DNA of 64,000 nucleotides, from positions 620,001 through 684,000 of the forward strand of contig JANHCV010000001.1 of assembly GCA_025594325.1 (NCBI GenBank), given 5' to 3'. This DNA comes from Blastocladiella emersonii ATCC 22665. Lineage: Eukaryota; Fungi; Blastocladiomycota. The position numbers and the translations under genes were made by a program. Below, one piece after another: positions 59,472 through 64,000 of the stretch. A model generated the notes under the pieces. The model was not told where the DNA came from, ran no database searches, and worked only from the letters and a program-made list of their open reading frames with translations. Every line of letters starts with the position of its first letter. Within the stretch, counting starts at the first letter, position 1.

Positions 59472-61085
59472 GGTGGCTGTTGCAGGTAGTGTAGAGCGCG
59501 GAGAGAGCGAAGCAACACTTTATTGCGAAAGTATTAGTGGGGGCAGGGAGAAGGAGTGGGAGTAGACCGGCGAGCGGGAGGCGCCGACCACCGACCGACC
59601 GTGGTCGCTGCCCCCCACACGTTCACCCAGCCACTCAAACCCAATTTTGGCACGCCTCGCTCATGTGATTTCAAGTCGCGTCTCGCACTTTGCGGTTCGC
59701 GCGAGACATCCCCGCGACGAAAACCGCTGCAAGGCTGGCGACACCTCACCCTTCGCACTTTGACCTGCACAGCAACACGAACACCTCTGGGCACGCTCCG
59801 TACACGAGACTACACTCCACCCCGAGCTCGCGCCTGAAGAAGTCGCTTCGACTTGAAGTGAAGATAAATCTTCTCGCGACTACGGGCGATGTTGTCCACC
59901 ACCTTCAACGGCTTCTCTCGTGCATGAACCACCCACGTAGCGTCGCTTCTCCGTGTCACGGCCTCGCGCGCCCCTTCGCTCCCGGTTGGACGTGTCCATC
60001 AGTGGGCCACTTCGGTTCACTCACCTCCGACCCTTCACGTCCTTGGTGGGATTCCCGCGGCGGACTGCGTGTCTTCAACTTGCGTCCTCCTACGGACACG
60101 TCGTGATCCCTGATGTGCTTCAAGGTTGAACAGAGGAGGGCCGGGTACACGATGGTCCGCCTCGCAGGTCCGCGACCTTCCCGTCGTTCAATAGGCTCCC
60201 CTCACGGCTCTTGACGTGTACTTCAGCATAGTGTATGTATGCATCATTACAAAATTTGTCAAACTCAGGGCGCCAAAGCACGTCTTCGCTTGCGACTTCA
60301 GTTTCAACAGGATCCCTTGAGCGGCGAGATTGATGCGGTGCAGTCCACTTGATAGTCGTTCAGTTCGGAGAGCACAGCCACGCCGAGGTCTGTTGTTTCT
60401 GCCGCACGTCGATCACGGTAGGTTCCTCCAAGATCAGCGTGTAGCGGCGGGCCAACGTGTGAGCTCGCCGATCAGGATGCCGGTATGTCGCAAATAAGGA
60501 GCCTTGAGGAGGGACGTCAAAGCCTTGGTCCACGGGACTGTGTTCAAGTCTTCAATCGTCCGAGCCTTTGAAGTCTTCAAGTCGTAGCAATCAAGTAGGC
60601 TCCTCGCGTCGTTCGCCTCAAGGCGAGCTGACCCTCTCGCGGCAGCAGCAGCGAGCCACGTCGCCCGCAAAGCGCGTGATATTAGCTTAGCGACAGCTCT
60701 GCCAAGAATCGGGCGGCTTCATCCCTCACTCATGTCGCCGCGGACGGTAGCTTCGCCAAGTCGCCGACAACGTGAGTTGGCACCGGCCGAGGCTGGGCCA
60801 CCCACGGATCGCAGTGCATCAAGTCGCTCCATAAAATTCATCAGTTCCACGCGTCGCCGAGTGAGCGCAGCAGAGAAGAAGCCGGGCGGCCCAAGGAACG
60901 CGGGGAGAAGAGCAACGCGGAACCGCGGCGGCGTACACGTGGGCCCGCGGCATTGAAAAATCGTGCGAGTCACAGCCGCGGCGCGGTGCGTCCCTGCCCG
61001 CCTGCCCCTCGTCGCGGAGCTCCCTCGCTCTCCTGGACCGATCGCCGCGCACACGCGATGCTACTCCCGAGACCGCTGCCACACC

Positions 61086-64000
61086 ATGAAACTTGAAGAG
61101 CTCCTCAATGCAGCAGGAGCGACGGCCGACGCGAAGGTCGTCCTCGACCGGCCCGCCCACGAGTTCAAGGCCGAGCTGTTCCGCCTGCTCGCCGCGCGCC
61201 CGCTCTCCGTCGCCGAGATTGACGCCATCCCCGAAGAGTTGGGCACCCTCTGCACCGACCGCCCCGAGCTCGTCATCCCGCTGCTCTCGCCTGTCGAGAT
61301 TCTCGCTGCCGACGGCACCACGCACGCCAAGTACGTGTCTTCAGTGACGCCCACGTCTCACCTCGACTGCGGGGCTAACCGAACGCAACGCTAGCACGAC
61401 ATCGGACTCGATCCTCAAGCTCCTGCTCGATGTCGACGCGCTGCAGCTCGCCATCGTCAAGTTCATCGGGTACATCCTAACAGGCCTCGTCGAGGCGTCG
61501 GGCAACAACTTTGGCGTCAACCTGCACGCGCTCGCCCTGCGCCAGCTGCGGTGGCTCGAGTACGTCGTGGACGGCGGCTCCCTCGCCGAGGAGCTGCTCG
61601 AGATCCTGCGCGACACGGAGCCCGACGTTAAGCACGACCTCCTCGGCGCGCTGCCCGAGATCGTGCCGCACATGCACCACCGCACGCTCGTCGAGAGCCT
61701 GAGCACCCTCATCGACAAGGAGCCCGGCCTCCTCGCTCCGCTCGTCGAGTGCCTGTCGAACCTCGTCATCCCCGAGGACCTCATGACCGAGATCGTCAGC
61801 AAGATCGCCTCGCTGCTCGGCTCCTCCGCCCCCGCGACCGTGCCCGCCCTCGTGCGGTTCCTCCTCGACCACGCCGGCGAGCTCGGCGACGCGGGCTCCA
61901 CCGAGGTCGCCGTGCACCACATTCTCGACCACCTCGACGTGCGCGACATCGACACGACGCACCTCGTGCTCGACGAGTTCCGCGCCGCGCTGTTCCGCCA
62001 CAAGCTCGTCGCCACCACCATCGGCCGCTGGCTCGACAGCCGCGCCGCGCTGCAGCCGCCCGCGCCCTCGTCCATGTCGCAGCTCGACTTCCACGGGCCG
62101 ACGCAGGCCCTGACCACCGCCGCGAACATGGACGACCTCGAGTTCCTCCTGCTCGTCGTGATCATGAGCACCGGCGCCGCCGCGCAAAAGGAAATGGCCC
62201 GCATCGTGCGCCGCAACATCGCCTCGGGCCGCCTCTCGCCCGCCGTCGTCACGCGCGTCATGAAGCGGTCCTCGGTCGCCCTGCAGGGCTACCAGCCCGC
62301 GCTCGAGGCCCTGTTCGAGTCGCTCCTGCGCCGCTCGTTCGCGGTCGGCCGGCCCGCGGGGAACGGCGCCGCGGCGACGAGCGCGGCGCTCACGAGCTAC
62401 GGCGGTGTCTCGGTCATGTCCTCGCCCACGGCGTCGTCGCTCGCGCGCGCGCCGCCCGGTGTCGCCGTCGCCGCGCAGATCCTGTACGAGGCCGTGGTCC
62501 GGTTCGACCTCGCGTCGCGCCAGAACTGGCTGTGCACGCTCGTGGCGCAGGTCGGCAGCGGGCAGGGCGTGCAGATCGAGGTCGCCCTGCGCGTGCTCAC
62601 GGCGCTCGCGGTGCGCCACCGCGACCTCGTCACGCCCTTCGCCATGTTCGTCCGCAGCCTGCGCGATTACCTCGACAACCTCACGGTCGCGCACAAGCGC
62701 GCCTACTTCCGCCTCCTCGCGCTGCTCACGCTGCCGAGCGGGCCCGGCGACGCGCAGGTCAGCCCGATGCTCGAAGACCTGTACATCATTTGCCATAAGA
62801 TGATCGGGCGGACACAGCCGAGCGATAACGTCACGGGCGCTCTCGCGCTCCTCGCCATCATCGAGCGCCAGATGCACGCGCGCACGCTCGCCCCCTGGGA
62901 CCCCGAGCATCGTCTGCAGCAGGTCGAGCACACGCGGACGGCCATCTACCAGGCGGTCGAGCCCGTGATGGGGAAGCCGCCCGTGCTCGCCTTTCTGCTC
63001 TGCTCGCTCGCCGACCTCGTCGCTTCGGGCGCGCTGCACGAGGACGTTATCGAGACGCTCAACATGCTCGCGACCGAGATGTTCAACACGGCCTTCACGC
63101 CGGATGTCGCCCAGCGCCTCTACGATGAACTGACCGGCGCGCCGGGATCGAGCGCAGCGGCGTCATCGTCCAAGGCGTCGGGCGACGACAGCGACACCGA
63201 GATCGCGTCGGCCTCCACGATGTGGCGGCTCAACGACCGCGGCGGCCTCGAGCTCTACCCAAAGGGCACGCCGCTCGGCCACCTGCACCCGCCCGACGCG
63301 TTCGGCCACCAGCGCATGGTGCTCCCGTTCCTGCACCCGTCGTGCGAGTTCCTGGTCCCCATCTTGCGCACGCTGCGCGCGCTGCTCGACCCGCTGCACT
63401 CGACGATCCAGGACCTGTTCGGCGCCGAGGTCGTCTTCACCCGCGGGTACGCCCCCGCGGTCCTCGCGTACCTGCGCGCCACCCTCAACTGGCTCGCCGA
63501 CCTGCGCTCCCACCCGCACGCCGCCTCGTCCATCGCCGAGATCGCCGGCGACGACCGCGTGTTCGGCGCGATCGCTCGCCTCGTCGAGTGCCAGCGCATG
63601 ACCATGGAGATCGACGCGTGCGGCGCCGCGGACGAGTTCGGGCCCGTCGTCGTCGGCGCCGCGCCCCCGTCCGCGGAAAGCGCCGCCGCCGCGGAGAAGG
63701 CGGCGGGCGCGTCCGAGAAAAAGAAACCCAGTCGGCCCGCCGGCCCGCCTAAACCGGCCGGCGCGCTCGGGTCGGGCATGGGCGCCGGGTTCGGCGCCGC
63801 GACCGTCGCCGCCGCCGCCGCGCACGCCGCGGGCCCCGTCCCCGACTGGCTCGCGGCCGTCCGCAAGCAGTGGCCGCTCTCGCCCGCCGTGTTCCTCTGG
63901 CTGCCCAAGATCAACGACCGCGTCCAGTTCCACCGCATCCTCGCCGATTTCTACTACTGGTTGTCGAACCCGCCCGCGACGACCGCGGCGGCGGCTGGTG
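61086..64000 (+). CDS. FANCD2: Fanconi anemia group D2 homologue (partial, 3' end outside window); intron 61331-61394
   Basis: SDSILKLLLDVDALQ, LALRQLRWLEYVVDG..LAEELLEIL...VKHDLLGALPEIV, LVECLSNL and VPALVRFLL align by eye to the FANCD2 N-terminal solenoid. Frame is open to 64000. Confidence 0.8.

Noticed and set aside
61477-63938. Minus-strand ORFs of 227-520 aa near the window end
   Set aside because: Shadows of the plus-strand FANCD2 frame, which the ORF track omits because it has no stop in the window.

Overview
GC-rich, intron-containing eukaryotic DNA. Short GT-AG introns (mostly 47-89 nt, donors GTACG/GTGCG, CTGAC/CTAAC branch points), fungal-type genes and a ciliary transition-zone gene (RPGRIP1L) point to a zoosporic fungus, most likely Blastocladiomycota (inference). 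The conserved backbone comprises CSF1 and ATG2 head-to-head, MRP21, RRP36, an IQ-Sec7-PH ARF-GEF, NAS6, RPGRIP1L, a receptor-like SH3 protein, eIF5B, a coiled-coil protein, prefoldin 3, a SET methyltransferase, MED18, two secreted proteins and FANCD2 (runs off the end). Two accessory tracts interrupt it. The first (~26.9-32 kb) holds a Helitron relic, microrepeats and a BTB protein. The second (~47.9-54.6 kb) holds an F-box stub, an intronless ResIII/IRC3-like SF2 helicase, two LRR paralogues and a degenerate gene. Best leads: (1) a coiled-coil protein with a CC1-box-like and a Spindly-like motif at adaptor spacing, i.e. a candidate BICD/TRAK-type dynein adaptor in a fungus; (2) a compact secreted histidine-brace (LPMO-like) protein tail-to-tail with an 8-Cys CFEM-like GPI protein; (3) the helicase/F-box/LRR island with a Helitron-like terminus. 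All family calls come from motif recognition by eye; no searches were run. Most long ORFs in the supplied track are GC-bias shadows.
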